62,270 nucleotides of DNA, filler included, from Rhabdomonas costata (GCA_019059605.1; 15 parts of 15 records of this genome joined end to end with filler, not necessarily neighbours in it); one strand, 5' to 3'; counted from the whole stretch's first letter, positions 26,318-39,898 are shown. Translations and numbers: made by a program. Notes: generated by a model from the sequence alone, not told the origin.

Positions 26318-28420
26318 TTGGGAACAACCTTCAAACGAGTACGGCGAGTGGACCAAACTGATTCTCGCAGCTTGTTGACTCCCGACACTCATGAGCGGGC
26401 CACCGGGGGCACACTCTTCGAGGCGGAAACAAGATGGCTTGGCTGGATTTCCACGGGGCTGGGAAGGTGGGCTCGAGACCGGCGCAGTGTCTCCAAAGTC
26501 GTGTCCAGAGACGAGAGCTGCGAAGCTGGAGTCTGCTGGGGCTTGGGGGCATTCGGCACTGCGGGTGTGCGTGCAAAAATCCATGAGGACCATTTCTACT
26601 GCTTGCATAAAGGGAGAAACACACCGACAACACCGACATTCCCACATGACCGCGAAGGACAACGTTAACACAATCGTTGCTAACAGAGCTCGGCGAGAAG
26701 TTGTTATGCCAGCGCACGAATTATTTCTGTACGAAGCAAAGGAGTGGAAACACGTCTCCACTTCCACATCCGAAGATGACGACCAGAAGGGCCGTGGGCG
26801 AGGACAGTACAAGAAGCGTGCACAAATCAACTTTACCACACGCATCAAAGGCATTCAAAGCTGCAATTTGGAGAATCATTCCGGCCCACCCCGGCGCCAG
26901 ATGAAAGCACTCGGTGTAGTGGGAGCGGGGCAGAGAAAAGTCCCGAACATTTTATTTCCCGTTCCATGTCAGAGATGACCCTGTCAACTCCAGGTGCGGA
27001 GGCGGGGCTGGCGGAATCGCGAGTCAGTGTGCTTCCCGAAGGACCCCCCAAGAAACAAAGCTGCATCGGAATGAAATCCATTGCTACACGCGCGAGCGGA
27101 AGTACGTGCGAAAGCCCTACGTCCAATCCTCACTGGCATCATTGTTTGAGAGTCTGCAATGGTTTGTGTACACTTGAAACGCATCCTCCCACTGCATGAA
27201 GGCGCCCCTGCCTCTGGCGGACACACCCCTCTGTGCGCTCGATCAATGAGGGCGGCGAAGACCCCACAGACTCGCTGCCATTGAGAGGGCCAGGTCGACA
27301 AAAGGGCCTCAAAGCAGCAGCCATTCCTGCGCACAGGCGGTGCGAGGCAAGAAGGGTTGAGGGACGCTGAGTGATATCAAACAGAATCCTCGAAGGTTGA
27401 TTACCGGATGGTGCTGAAGTCACCCAGGCAAAACCGAAATTCCGCTGCGATGGAGACAAGTCGGTTTCCAAAACTCTCTGGCAGGGACAAAGAAATGACG
27501 TGATGTGTGAGCTAAGCACGGAACGTAAAGCAAATAAGGAGGCGGTCAAAAGGGGCCAGACACACACATACTGTGGCGGCTGTCAAAACCAGAACACGGC
27601 AGACTTGAAAACTGTGCGACGCTGACCGCAGTGTCGATGGAGTAGATTTGGATGTCCTCCACACGACATTATCGGACCAATCGGTTCACCACACCACAGA
27701 CCGCATCTCGTTTTTCTGCCTCTTTGACAAGCAAGTTTTCTACCCCGAACAAAACGCGGTGCAGGCCAAGACTGCGACACCCTCATGCAAAGGAAGAGGC
27801 CCAAGTATGGTTAACGGCCCCACCCCCCTTATAGAAATAAAACTCAGCTTAACCAAGTCAAGCAAGTCAAGAAAGGGAAAAAGAGGAGATTTGTCACCAC
27901 AGCCCGAACCTTCCATATGCTCGTTGGTGCTTTATTGAGTGCTTTTCCTGGACGGGCAATAAGAGGGTCGTTAAACATACTTGAGTCAAAGAAAAAACAA
28001 CCACACACCTTCAAAGGAGTAAGGCGAGTGAGTAAATCCAGCGGCCATTGTCCGGCACAAAACAAAAATACGGGGCGAAAAAATCAAGAAGCCGCCTAAG
28101 TTCACAAAGGCGTACTGTTGCTGGTTTTCCACAGAAAGGAACAGGGAGGAATGGGAGCGATCAGTGAGACCTTGCCACTAATCAAAACAACGATCGTACT
28201 ATCAATGGTGGGGAGGAAATGGCCCTACCTCGGAAAATCTCCACTAGCTAGAACGGTGGGGCAAAGCCAAACCAGTCACAATAGCCCAGAGTTGGTTGGT
28301 TCTAGTATACAAAGAGATCGGGTGATCCGACCAATTGCGTCCCAAAACGCTGGCCGGAAGGGTCCTTTCAGCAAGCCATGGCTTGCTCAGTGCAGAACCT
28401 CAATACTTCTTTCCAGCAGG
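26318..28420 (+). mobile_element. Degenerate dispersed repeat with tyrosine-recombinase remnant (copy 1)
   Basis: Reads PSNEYGEWTKLILAAC*...PGAHSSRR, with LGRW in a shifted frame (HxxR and LGRW motifs of tyrosine recombinases). Several blocks are collinear with 33140->30840 on the minus strand. Confidence 0.55.
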
Positions 28421-30839
28421 CGGTCGAAAACCTGAAGTCACACAACCTTGCCTTTGTTTAGGAAGGTCGGGTGTTTTACCTTGCCGTATATTTTTGCGAC
28501 TTCTGGCCAGTGAATCAGCAATTTAAGCAACGTTCATACACTAAGGGGGGCTAAGTGATTCCAAAAAAGGGAAATCCACCGTAGAATAAGACCGAATTGT
28601 AGGCACAACGAGAGAACCCTTTCCGATCCAGACCATCCACTCACTTCCAATGCAACACAACTCAACACACAAGCAACCAAGCAACAGTTTCGGAAGGACA
28701 GGAGGCAGCAGGAAATGCAGCTGCTTCTGTTGGGCCACGCACAAAAAAGGGAGAGAAAAGAAAGATTCGGTTGAGGGTGGGGGGAATCCTATGCACAGCG
28801 TTCTTCTGGAAGAAAAAAAACTACAGCAACCTTCCGATATAAAAGGATTTTGGCGGAAGCGGCACTGTATATAGGGAAGCGCGCAGGGAGCGCGCACAGC
28901 TGATGTACAGAGCTTACGGAAACGCAGCCATGATAAACCAGCCGAAACAAACGATTTGCAATGTGTCTTCCTGCGTTACTGGAGACTGTCTGTGTTCAAC
29001 TGTGGTTTGTCTTCGCAACAGAGACTTCTACATACAGAAGAACACGATTTCGGTTGGAACTGCAGGCTGTCGACTGCAGGTTCATAACAGTACCAANNNN
29101 NNNNNNNNNNNNNNNNNNNNNNNNNNNNNNNNNNNNNNNNTTAATTAATTAANNNNNNNNNNNNNNNNNNNNNNNNNNNNNNNNNNNNNNNNNNNNGGTT
29201 GTGGCTCACAATGTATAGGTATGCATTTCCTTGGTGCGGCATGGTGGTGGGGTGTTCAGGTGCAGCCGCTGTGGAGTACGCACCGCGGGGTTTATCGGAG
29301 AGCAGTGCAGAAATGAGGTCGGGAAAAGTTCGGGCGTGTCTCAATCATTGGGTGTTCCCTCGTGTTGTGTGTCTCGACTTCATCTCATTCCGAGCGTGAT
29401 GCATTGGGAAACAAGGCGGTGATTCGCGGGGGTTTTCTCTTCCCCCTTTATTTGTGTGTGTTGGAAAATCCCGCCCTTATGCATTGCTTGCCAAGACTTT
29501 AAGCACATGAGGAAAACTTCTCTCCTCGCTTGGCTTTGATTTCATCTGTATCCCTTGTCCTGGTCATCCCCCCTACAAAAATGTGTGTGTACCAACGTGC
29601 AACGGGGACCTGCATTCGCCGACACAAGTGCTGTATAGGCATAGCGTCTTTCCCATTAGTAGCCTGTTCATCGGTGGGGTGTGAGGTGATGGGGTGCACG
29701 ATGGGCACCCTTCCCCCAACCCCTCTCTGTGTAACTGCAGTTGTGACTGCTTTTTCATGCCGAGGCAGAGGACTTGAATTGTTCTCCCCTCCTCCAAAGA
29801 GGAAAACCCTCCACCCCGTGCAACTGTGGAAGGTTTCTGGAAGGAACTTCCCTGTTTTCTGCTCATTGAGGTTTCCCCCTTGTCTCTTTTTGTTGCACCG
29901 GTCCGGGAACTCGTCGAACTGCTTTTTCGACTCCGCGCCCTTCACGAAAGGAAAGCCTTTTTGTTTACCCGGGAAGCGTGGGTGGCACAGAGCAAAATGC
30001 CTCCCCTCTTGAACGGGTCTGGGAGCTGTTGGCATGTCCGGCGCATCTGTTGTGCGTCAGCGGATGTGTGGCTCGAGTGGATATCTCGGAAAGGGGGACA
30101 GGAATGTGTCGGTTTTGTTTATCTGCCTGGATGGCGAAGGCTTTTTCCTGCCCAATCATTGGTACTGGTATCGCTGTCGGTCTGCAGCCTGCAGTTCCAA
30201 CCCAAAATCATGTTTTTGTCCATATCTCCGTTGCAAAGAACATACTACACTACAGCACAGACAGTCTTCGGTAAAGGAAGACACCTTGCAGCTTGTTTGA
30301 TACGGCTGTGCATGGTTCATCTCGGTTACCTTAAGCTCTGTACATCAGCTTTGTGCACTCGTTGCGCGCTTCCCTAAATACATTGCCGCTTCCGTCGAAA
30401 ACCAGTACTCGTTGTGTCGGAAGGGTTACTGTGTGTGGTTTTCCACGTCCAGGGAGTGCTTGGTTTTTCCCGCCATCGAATCTTTCTCATCTCGCTCTTC
30501 ATCCCCCTCTTCTTGTGTTTGGCTTCAATTGAAACCGCTTCTCTTGCCTTTGTGTGTTCCTTTGTTTTGCAGGGGCGATGGACGCTTGGAAGGCTTACGT
30601 CCAATGCTGTCGGCGGATGTTTTGTGTTTGAAAGACTTGGAATGAGATTACTCATTCTACAGGATTAATGGGTCTTATTCTTGCGCTGACTTTTCTAACG
30701 GGTAGTTTTTGCGCACAAATGCAAAATTAAATAGCGCACGCCTTCGAAACCACTTTAGGCCACTTTCTGCGTAGAAATTTATTGATGGACTGCTCTTACA
30801 ATGCACCCAGGAGCTGGTGCTGAGCAAGAATTTTGGTGC

Positions 30840-33140
30840 GGAAAGAAACACTGAGGCTCTGCATTGAGCAACCCATGACTTGCGAAAAAGGCATCCCCGT
30901 AATCAGTTTTTAGCCTGTTTCGGTGGCGGTCCATCCGGTGAGCAGGGCGCCGGATCCCCAATCTGCTGTCCTTTTGCTTAATATAGCAGGCTCCACCGTA
31001 AACTCAGACACAGCATTTAGGACAAACGTTCTAGGGCTGAGCGGTACCAACTCTGGGAAAATCAGTGCGTTTGGAGTGCACCGCGACAAGAAAATACCCC
31101 TGTGATCTTCAAAAGGCTGTCTTTAATGCCGGCATTGCTCTGTTTACCTAAATGTCTGATAGGACCGGAGATTTGCTCCCAAAAAAACCTCTCCGCCTTC
31201 GACGCGCAAACCCCTCTTCCGTTCCATATTTTGCCACCCGGCCAAACGATCAATATGCGCTTCGCTCATCTCCACATCAGTTTTGAGACCAGCGACATAA
31301 AAACAAGGCAAGAAAGACAGACTAATACAATAATACCTCAGTTAGTACCTCAGTTATTGGTGGTGGTTGCCTAGATCATCTGTGCATCTCTGTCGTGCTT
31401 TGCTGGTTTGCCTTCGCCCAAACGTTCATGATGACAGAGATACGCACAGGTAGGACCACTTCGACTCCACCGATGCCCTTACACTTTTTCCATTGAATGA
31501 ACGATTGCCCCATTGTTGGTGTTAACATTGGTAATGCCCTTAAGCTCGTCCTCAACCCCTCCCTTTGGCCTTTTCGTGACTTCCCGGAAAAGGTACACAG
31601 CAGAATGCGGGCGCGGGCTGGTGTTTCTTTGGGGACTCATGAAGTGTCTCTCTTTCCCGTACTCTTGTTTTGCGCCGGAAAATGGCCGCTCGATTTACTC
31701 ACTCGCCGTACTCCTTTGAAGGTGCGAGTGTGGTTGCTTTTTGACGTGGGACACACTCGTTTCTTCCCTTTCTGATCTGGCATTTTTTGTCCCTAGAGTT
31801 GGCAAGCTTGGCCCTTTTGGACCGGTCCTCCTTGTTTCATTCTGGGGATTTTCCGGAAATCGGTTCGGGTCATCGTAAGTGCACCCCACTGCGCTTTGCC
31901 TTGGCGACTTCAGCACGGCCCTGTGACCCACCTTCGAGGTTTCTGTTGGGTGCCACTCCGCGTCCCTCACACGCAACGCAGGCGGCACACGGCTCGCGCG
32001 CAGGACAGGTAGCTCCCGCCACGCCAGTTTACCAAACTGCGCCTCCCAAGGGCAGCGAGTCTCTGGCGTCTTCGCCGCCATCTCCACCCTCGTCGGCAGC
32101 CAGAGGGTGTTACCCCCTGCCTTGGCTTCTCTCCTTTTAATCAGTTGCAAACGGATACAGGCTGTTACGAATCCTCAAGCAATGGGGCACGTTATATGTT
32201 ATATGAGTTTTGGATTATTAAGGAAGCTCACGCGTCTGGCGATGGATTCATATCCCACACATCAGGGAAGAACGCCCTGATATCCCTAAGGGTGTTAGTG
32301 TAAGGGCATTTATGGGACCCCACCCCCCGTTTACGGTGCATTTTACGACTCCGGGTATTTATGTGTCGATGATATGTTGCGCGGGGGGGGGGGGGGCTAT
32401 GCCCTCAAGGATCGGTCTCATACCTGCTGGTTGAAACCCTCTACCGAGACTGAACCCACTACTGCAACGGAAACCCCCGGATATACTTGTTGTGTGAAAG
32501 CGCCTAGGATCTTGGGCCGCGGAGAGCAGCGTACCGGTCCAAGAGATTCTGGATAAGATGGAAACACCTGTTCATCGCTGGAGACATCTGCACCACAACC
32601 TAACCCCCTACAAAAGCTTCTATTGGAATACAAGGGAGCACATGTACCGCGTCCCAAATCCCCTGCAAAGCATCTGTCGAAATCTCAAAAACGCATACAT
32701 CGCCACCTAACCCCTGCAATAGCTGCTACTGGAATCTTCTTGGAAAGTCTTCCATGAGAAATAAAACTTCGTTTCCATTGGTTTCCGGCGGTTTCCCCAA
32801 AATAGGGGGGAGGTCCCATAATGCCCCAGCACCATTGGAGCATCCTGGGCTTCTCCTTGTAAGGTTGGACTTGACTGGTCACGATGGATTTTTCACGCAC
32901 ACTCGTAGTTCCGAAAGCCCCCAAGCCCCACCTGAGTCTGGAAAAGCCTTCACGGCCCTCGACTATGAAGACGCCTCCAGTCCACCTTCCCAGCTGCGGG
33001 GAAATCATGCCGTGCCGCCTTGCGGCCGCCTCCACGCCTGGGAAGGGTGTACCCCTGGTCGCTCGCCCAAGGGCATCGGTTGTGACCAGCAAACTGCGAG
33101 GATCAGTTTGGTGCACTCGCCGTACTCCTTCGAAGGTTGA
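30840..33140 (-). mobile_element. Degenerate dispersed repeat with tyrosine-recombinase remnant (copy 2)
   Basis: Reads PSKEYGECTKLILAVCW...RPGVH, then (frameshifted) RRGG...QLGRW. Blocks shared with contig 7 include GAGTACGGCGAGTG, GCTTGGGGGC.TTCGG, GGCGGCGAAGAC, TGAGGGACGC.GAGTG and GCAAG.CATGG.TTGCTCA.TGCAGA. Confidence 0.55.
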
Positions 33141-33515
33141 TTCGAACGCCCGGTTCCCTGTCCCTTGCAATCTTCAGTGTCTGCACGGACTGAAAACAAT
33201 ACAGCTGGAAGCCTTGAAGCCCCCCCACAAAANNNNNNNNNNNNNNNNNNNNNNNNNNNNNNNNNNNNNNNNNNNNTTAATTAATTAANNNNNNNNNNNN
33301 NNNNNNNNNNNNNNNNNNNNNNNNNNNNNNNNGGTGGTGGGTTGGAAATGCTGTCACCGTCCCTTGTGTGACGTCAGCTCATCTGGGGGAGCTTGGGGTA
33401 GGGTTACGACACGGAACACTACGGGATTATGCTTTTCTTTGACCCATACTTATACGTGCATTGATCTCTTTAGGGTTTATCTTGGGCTTCTCCTTGTGCT
33501 TCTATCGGGTCGCAG

Positions 33516-36500
33516 GTGCACTTTGTGGGTGGATTCCAGTCCATGCTGCTGCTGGGCGGGATCTTGTGTTGGATCGTCTACGCCTTCACCCCCACCGACC
33601 CGGTACCTGCCCTCCGTTTCTTTGGGAGACCGCACACCTATCACCGCAACTCAGACTTCGGTTTCCAGCGCAGAAAGCGATCCCATAATACGGCGAATCC
33701 CAACACCCGGCGAAAAACCTGCAAGAAAGACAATGCTGACGTGCAGCACAGATTTGATGTGATTTAGGAGGAGGGGTTTCGTCCACATCATAGGCTTGAA
33801 AACTCTATTTCTGTGCGATTAAGGGCCTATCTGGGCTTTTGTGGGCTTATGTTTTCTGGGTTTGTATCCCTTGCTCGCCGCCTCTCTGGCACGGTGTGGG
33901 TGTCATGTCAATACCCCTCAGGGTGCGAGGGGAAGAAACCGCAAGAGAGTGATGCACAGGAGAGTTAAAAAGAGCCGTCTGAATAGTCATCGCCGTGATG
34001 TCGTGTGCAAGGACGGCCTCGCAGCCTCATTTTTTTTTCGCCTCATTTGTACACACAAAATTGAAGACCCGAGGCTCTTTAGCTTCAGCTCCCAGGAAGA
34101 ATTTGCCGTCAGGCATGTGCTTAAAAATGCTATTTACTTCGCGTAATTACACGCGCATCCTCTTGTTCTCTCTCCAAAAACACGAGAACGGCCAAACGGA
34201 TTCGATGCTGTGTGGTGCCTCGTACCGCCTCTTTCTTCCTTCTTGTGGCTTTTTTGCTGTTGCCTGAGGATACCCGTTTCCCTCGCAGACCAACCTGTAC
34301 CTGGGGTTCATCTTTTGGGCCGTGGTGATCTTCACGGGGATCTTTGCGGCGTTCCAAGAGAGCAAGAGCGAGAAGATGATGGAGGGCTTCCGGAACCTTG
34401 CCGCCGCGACGTGCCAAGTCCTTCGGGACGGAACCACCCAAGTTCGTGTGTGTAAGTGTGTGTACGTGGGAGCTACTGGGGAAGTGATGGTTTTAGAGCT
34501 TTTTGGGGGGCCTATCATTGAGGTGGTAACTCCTCTTTGGGCCGTTCTTTTGTCACCAGATGTGAGCCGGTAGCCAGGTGAGAGAGAGTGAGAGAAGCGC
34601 TGCCTCTGTCGAGGCCACACTGGGAACTGTCGGGAGTTTCTATGGTCCAGAGCAAGCCGGAGCCTGGCTACGGGGGGAAAGGGGGGCTCTCCCAGATAAA
34701 GCTCAACCCTGGAGGATACAACAGAGCTTTAGCTCGAGAGCTCTGTTTATCCTTGCAGCTGTCGTGGCTTGTCCTAAACTTTCAGTCTTGTCTCGTTAAC
34801 CAGGTCACACCGACAAGTTTACCAGGTGGGATAAAGGTTTTCCGTCAAGCCCGAAAAATGTCAAGAGTCGTGAAACCGTCACATTTAAAAGTTTTGAAAT
34901 GAGTCGAAAACGAGGGACAGAGCGCAACCGCTCACAGCCCCCAGCCTGCCACCAAGGGCGAAGTTTGTTGCGCACTATCGCAAAGCAGGTTACACCGTAA
35001 TGTAGCAACTTACGGTTTGACGGTAAAAACAGAATATCCAACGCCGAAAAAGGCCAGCGTTTGAAAGTCACCGTGAAAAAACTTCATATCGGAATTCGTT
35101 GCGCACTATTCTCTTACTTTTGGGGTGTTTGCTTTATCATCCCTCATCCGATCCCCTTCTATTCGAATGGGGCTCGTATTATCCCTTGTCCCAACATACC
35201 GTCTCTGTCACGCGAGCTTGCGTGCGATTACCAGTATCGTCCCGCAAGGCTTTTCTGAATGAAAGCAGTATAATCTTTCGACGTTATAAAAATGAACGAA
35301 GTCCGCGTATGCCGAGCCACGCCGCTTGAAATTACCGGTGACTGAAACGGGAAAGGTGAGGAAGCCGCCAAGCGGTCCCTGTTTCCGCTCCCAGTGACAC
35401 AACCAGAAAAAAAACAGAAGCACAACATAGACGTGGGCGCCGGAAAAGGGAAGAGAGTGCGATGGATGGAGGCGGGCGCATAACGCAAAAACAAAACACA
35501 GATCACACTGCGTCGAAGAATAAGAACGAATGGAGCGACCTCCGCGTGCGCCAGGTGTAAAGGAAATCATGAACTGTATGAAGAATGCACAAACACAATA
35601 ATATGCCCATGATATGTGTTGACACGCTCGCTGTCTGGGGAAGGAACGCCCCGTCGAGTTAACCCCTTAGCTGCGCTTCAATGTTGCTAAGGAGCTTGTG
35701 CTTTTGGTGGTGCCGACACGGCGCTGGGCTACAGCTCGAGAACTCTGGTGGGGGAATGCTCAGCTTCGACCTCCGGCTACGGAAACCGGGGAACACGCGT
35801 GCTTTTGTGTTGGTGGCGCGTTTAGACGATAGATGCGGTGACGCTGGTGATCGGGGATGTCGTGGTGCTGGAGGCCGGGCAGAAGGTCCCCGCCGATGTC
35901 AGAATCATTGAGTGCAGCGTGTTGAAGGTGGACAACAGCAGCCTTACCGGTCCGTGCGTGTCCAAAAGCGAAGGGTTTATGGATCTGTTGAAGGTAGAGA
36001 ATAGGGGCATCGATACGTTAACAACCATAGTTGGACGAATGAGCTTTTTCTCCAGTTGTCCAGCGTCCAGCGAACAGGCTCCTGACTTTTTGATGATGTC
36101 GTTTGCGAGCACTATCAGGAATTAGTCAGCTCCCCATAGATGAGATTCACTCTGTTGAGCGGCTGGGGGTTTGGTTAGTGTACGGTGTAAACGTTCGATG
36201 CCCCCCCCCCATACACACACATGGGTGTTGTAGCGGGAAGTGGCTTAAGTAGGCTTTTCCCTGGCTTACCAGCGTGCTCGGACTGTCCTGAGTCATGATT
36301 GACTCAGACTGACCTTTGTGACTGTTTTCAGGGGAGCCTGAGCCGCTGAAGAGGACTGCACACTGCACCGATGACAACCCCATGGAGACCAAGAACCTGG
36401 CCTTCTCTGGCACGGGATTTGTGGAGGGCAAAGGTGCGCGCCCTCCCACCCACACTCTTCCTCTCTTCCGCGGGAGGATCCGACCTCGTACGGGGCTAGA

Positions 36501-37100
36501 GAGCAGCATACGTCACGGTGGCCGATTATTCCCGAAGGTATCACCGAAATCATCACTACCAGCAGTATCCCTGTCCGCTGCTTCATTTCTCTCATCTCTT
36601 GTCCACGTGCTGGGTGAGCTCTAGGCAGCTGATTTCTTTCTGCTTTGGCACCCTCCCCACTCACGATGGTACGAAACCGTTGCCCCAGCGCTGCGCTTCT
36701 GCGAAGCAGGGCATGGAGGCGCTTGGGCAATGACCCCAAGCATACCTCTCTCACGATTCCAAAGTTTCTGGCTGGTCGGTTGGTTGGCTGGTTGGCTGGT
36801 TGGAACCTTTGGCGACGAGTTTCTTTGTCCTTTCTGCTTTTCTCTTGCATTTCTGTACTTCGAGTTTCCATCCGGCGCGCACGGAGTTGCTGTTTTGGCA
36901 TGAAAGCCAGGGACACGCCGGGCAAGCGAAGATTCCTGTTCCCAAAACCCAATACTGTCTCTTTAGAGGGTTGGGATTCAATGCTTCGGGTCCATCACCC
37001 GCAGGTATGGGAGTGGTGTTCCAGACAGGTGACAACACGGTGATCGGGAAGATTGCCGAGGCGGCGGGCACTGCGGAGAAGCCGGAGACCCTTCTAAAGG
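33516..37100 (+). CDS. P-type ATPase subfamily IIC (Na+/K+- or H+/K+-ATPase alpha-like), internal fragment covering M1-M2 and the A domain
   Basis: Phase-consistent exons 33516-33602, 34289-34441, 35826-35949, 36332-36433 and 37005-37100 give [21 protein letters not shown]...[30 protein letters not shown]...[11 protein letters not shown]...[13 protein letters not shown]...[10 protein letters not shown] and [11 protein letters not shown]. Confidence 0.9.
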
Positions 37101-38151
37101 GCACTGCACAGTGACCCCCCACCCGCTTCTCACTTGTGCGAACATCTCTACGTAAAAACAGAGGTTTCGTATTCGCTTGAAATATGCTCTTGACCTTGTT
37201 GTGGGGAGGCGGGAACGGGGTAACAGTTACGGTTGTTTTGGTACCGGTTGCTTGTGTTGATGGTTTATATTTGGGCCCTTATTATATGGCCCGCGTCACC
37301 TCAAAAGTAAGAGGTGACCGTAGAAAGTTAAAATCAGCTTGAAAGAATAAGCACAACCAATATGCACTGGAGACCAGTTTTTTCACCACCAAAACCNNNN
37401 NNNNNNNNNNNNNNNNNNNNNNNNNNNNNNNNNNNNNNNNTTAATTAATTAANNNNNNNNNNNNNNNNNNNNNNNNNNNNNNNNNNNNNNNNNNNNGGTT
37501 GGTGTGAGCTGCGCACGTTCCTCGGCATTCCTTGAGATTCTATTTGGGTGCTCCTTTCGGTGAGCCGCTGCTCGCCAGCATGCACTGCTATCTGCTGTCT
37601 GTCATGATGGGCCTTCCGCAGCCTTCTGGTACATGCGCCGTAGCACCCGATGACCAGTCTGACCGCGTGTTCGGGTCTTACAATGGTCGGGTTCCCGGTC
37701 AGCGATTTTTTTGGAACCTGACCTTGGGAACATGTGCTCTCTTGATTCGTAGCTTCGTGATTGCTGTATGTAAAATAGCTGCCCGCCCCATGCGAGCTCG
37801 GCTGTCGATGCAGTTCGGGTTGTGTCCTTTTATCGCGACACACCCACAGTGCATGATAGGGCGCAGGTGGATTGTGACGAATGACGGGCGATGGGTTCTC
37901 TGTCGTGTTTTCCTTCCATCCTTATATGTGAGCCAGTGTCTGCCTCTAATGACCCGCCAAATGCACGAGCGCGATTTAAGCTTTGACCGTAATGTCTTTA
38001 TCAGTCCATAGGGACCCCCCGATGTGAAACCCTTTCTCATTTGAGCAATCTCATTTTGTGCGCTGAATGTTTGGGAACTGATTCCCCCCTTTTTTTCTTT
38101 GAGTGAACCCTTGGTGAGTTTTTGAGCCAGTGTCACCGCGAGCTGCTGAGA

Positions 38152-39533
38152 ATGGAGGAGGACCCTAGCGAGATCCTTGGCAGCGCTGCCGCGAACCTTT
38201 TCCGGCGTGCGTCTTCCGTCACGCCCCCGCCTCTCGGCGCGGACACGTCCTCCGCGGAGCCCTCTGTGCTGCAGTTGATTGTGCAGGAAAGAAAGGGAGG
38301 GAGAGAGAGAATGACCATCCATTCCAACGAGCGCCTTCATCTTCTTGCACCCGGGATCGCACAATTGATCAGACACTCGAGCACACAGCAGTGTAGCTAG
38401 TGAATGTGGTTGGCGAAAGGCAGCTCAAGTTAGGGGAGGGGTTGTCAAACATAACAGCAGTGCTGCATCACATCTCGTTACATCACGGGCCGACGCCTTA
38501 TCGACGTTACAACTCTGTCACTAACTCAGTCTCTCACTTACTCGCTCGCTCACTCGTTGTAGTTGTTTGGTTTGTGAACTATTCTGCATCCATTTTCTTT
38601 CGTTTTCACGCCCTTCTTGCTGTGATTTCTCATTGAGGATGCCTGTCCCATGGAAACGCGCCACATCATCGCTTCCCTGTCACATGGGCCAGGCACATGT
38701 GGGATTAGTGTTATCATGCTGTGTCACCCCCACAGTTCACATTTTGATCCACGGTTTGCCTCGGATGTCGTCATGGAACATCTTTTTGATCTTCATGTCA
38801 AACCTTTCACAGGAGGTGAACAAAGTGCTGCAGACGAGCTTCTCCTTGGTAGAGTTCGACTCCCGCAAGGGCCGGGCCCTGCTGCAGATCCTCAGTGATG
38901 TCCTGGCCACGCTGAGCCCGTCCATGAAGGCCGATCTCACTGCGGAGGACCCCCAGGCCACCGGCCCACGACTGGCGGAATTCTTGTGCGGCATCCTGAA
39001 CTACAAGCCCGTTGAGAGCCAACCCCAGGTTGACGGGTGATGCAATTTTTGTAACTATGTCGTGGGCGCTGTCGTAAACCCTCTATATCGTGCTAGAACC
39101 GCAGAAGGAATATGAAAGAGTCGCCAAGGGGCACCGCAATGGCCGAGGGGAAAAGTTTAGATAACTCTGACCCCAAAACCCGTGCCATGCAACGTTTCGG
39201 GAGGTATGCTGTGTGTGCAAAAGACCCCTCATTCTCCCCTCAGTGACAAGCTTGTTTTTAACGAGGTAGTTTTTCCCAGGCTGCCTTTTCTGCGGGCGAC
39301 GCTTATGTCACCCACAGTTTATCGACGCGCTATGCACCGGTGACGAGGCCGTGGTGTACCCCATCCTACATTGGGTGCTCAGCCACATGCCCGAGAACGA
39401 AAAGCGAGTTTACCTGGCGAAGTATCTTATCCCCGTCACCGTTCCTGAGGACATGATCGCCTCCGATGAGGAAGTCCGGGAGATGTTCCAGCACTACCGC
39501 AGCTGCGTCGAAGCCTTCAAGGAAGCCCACAAG
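38152..39533 (+). CDS. IFT81: Intraflagellar transport protein 81, exons 1-3 (CH domain)
   Basis: Exons 38152-38286, 38813-39028 and 39318-39533, all phase 0, give LQLIVQEVNKVLQTSFSLVEFD...LLQILSDVLA...GILNYKP...VVYPILHWVL...EKRVYLAKYLIPVTVP...FKEAHK, matching the IFT81 N-terminus. A polypyrimidine tract and AG (38129-38130) precede the ATG. Confidence 0.9.
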
Positions 39534-39898
39534 GCACCTTCTCACCGCATCCTCCGCCAAAGATCTTCTTTCCCTGCGCCGTGCATTGCGTAGTGGGTGG
39601 TGGTACCTCGTTCATATAATTAGGCTTCTGAACATCGGTGACTGCATTTCATAGCGTTTTGGAAGGCCCATTGTTCACAGAAAAGAACCGGCCTGATTCA
39701 ACGTTGCTCTCAACCAAGGTTTTCTTCTTCCTTTTTTAAATAACAGAAAACGATATGCATGAAAACCCAAGGCAAACTTGGGAAGGGTGGACAAGAAGAC
39801 GGTGTGTTAGGAGGGAAAGAACGAGAACCAAGGAGAGAGGACATGCAAAAGGAGTAGCGCTGAACGGGAGACAGTGATGAGGAAAAAGAGGCGGTGGA

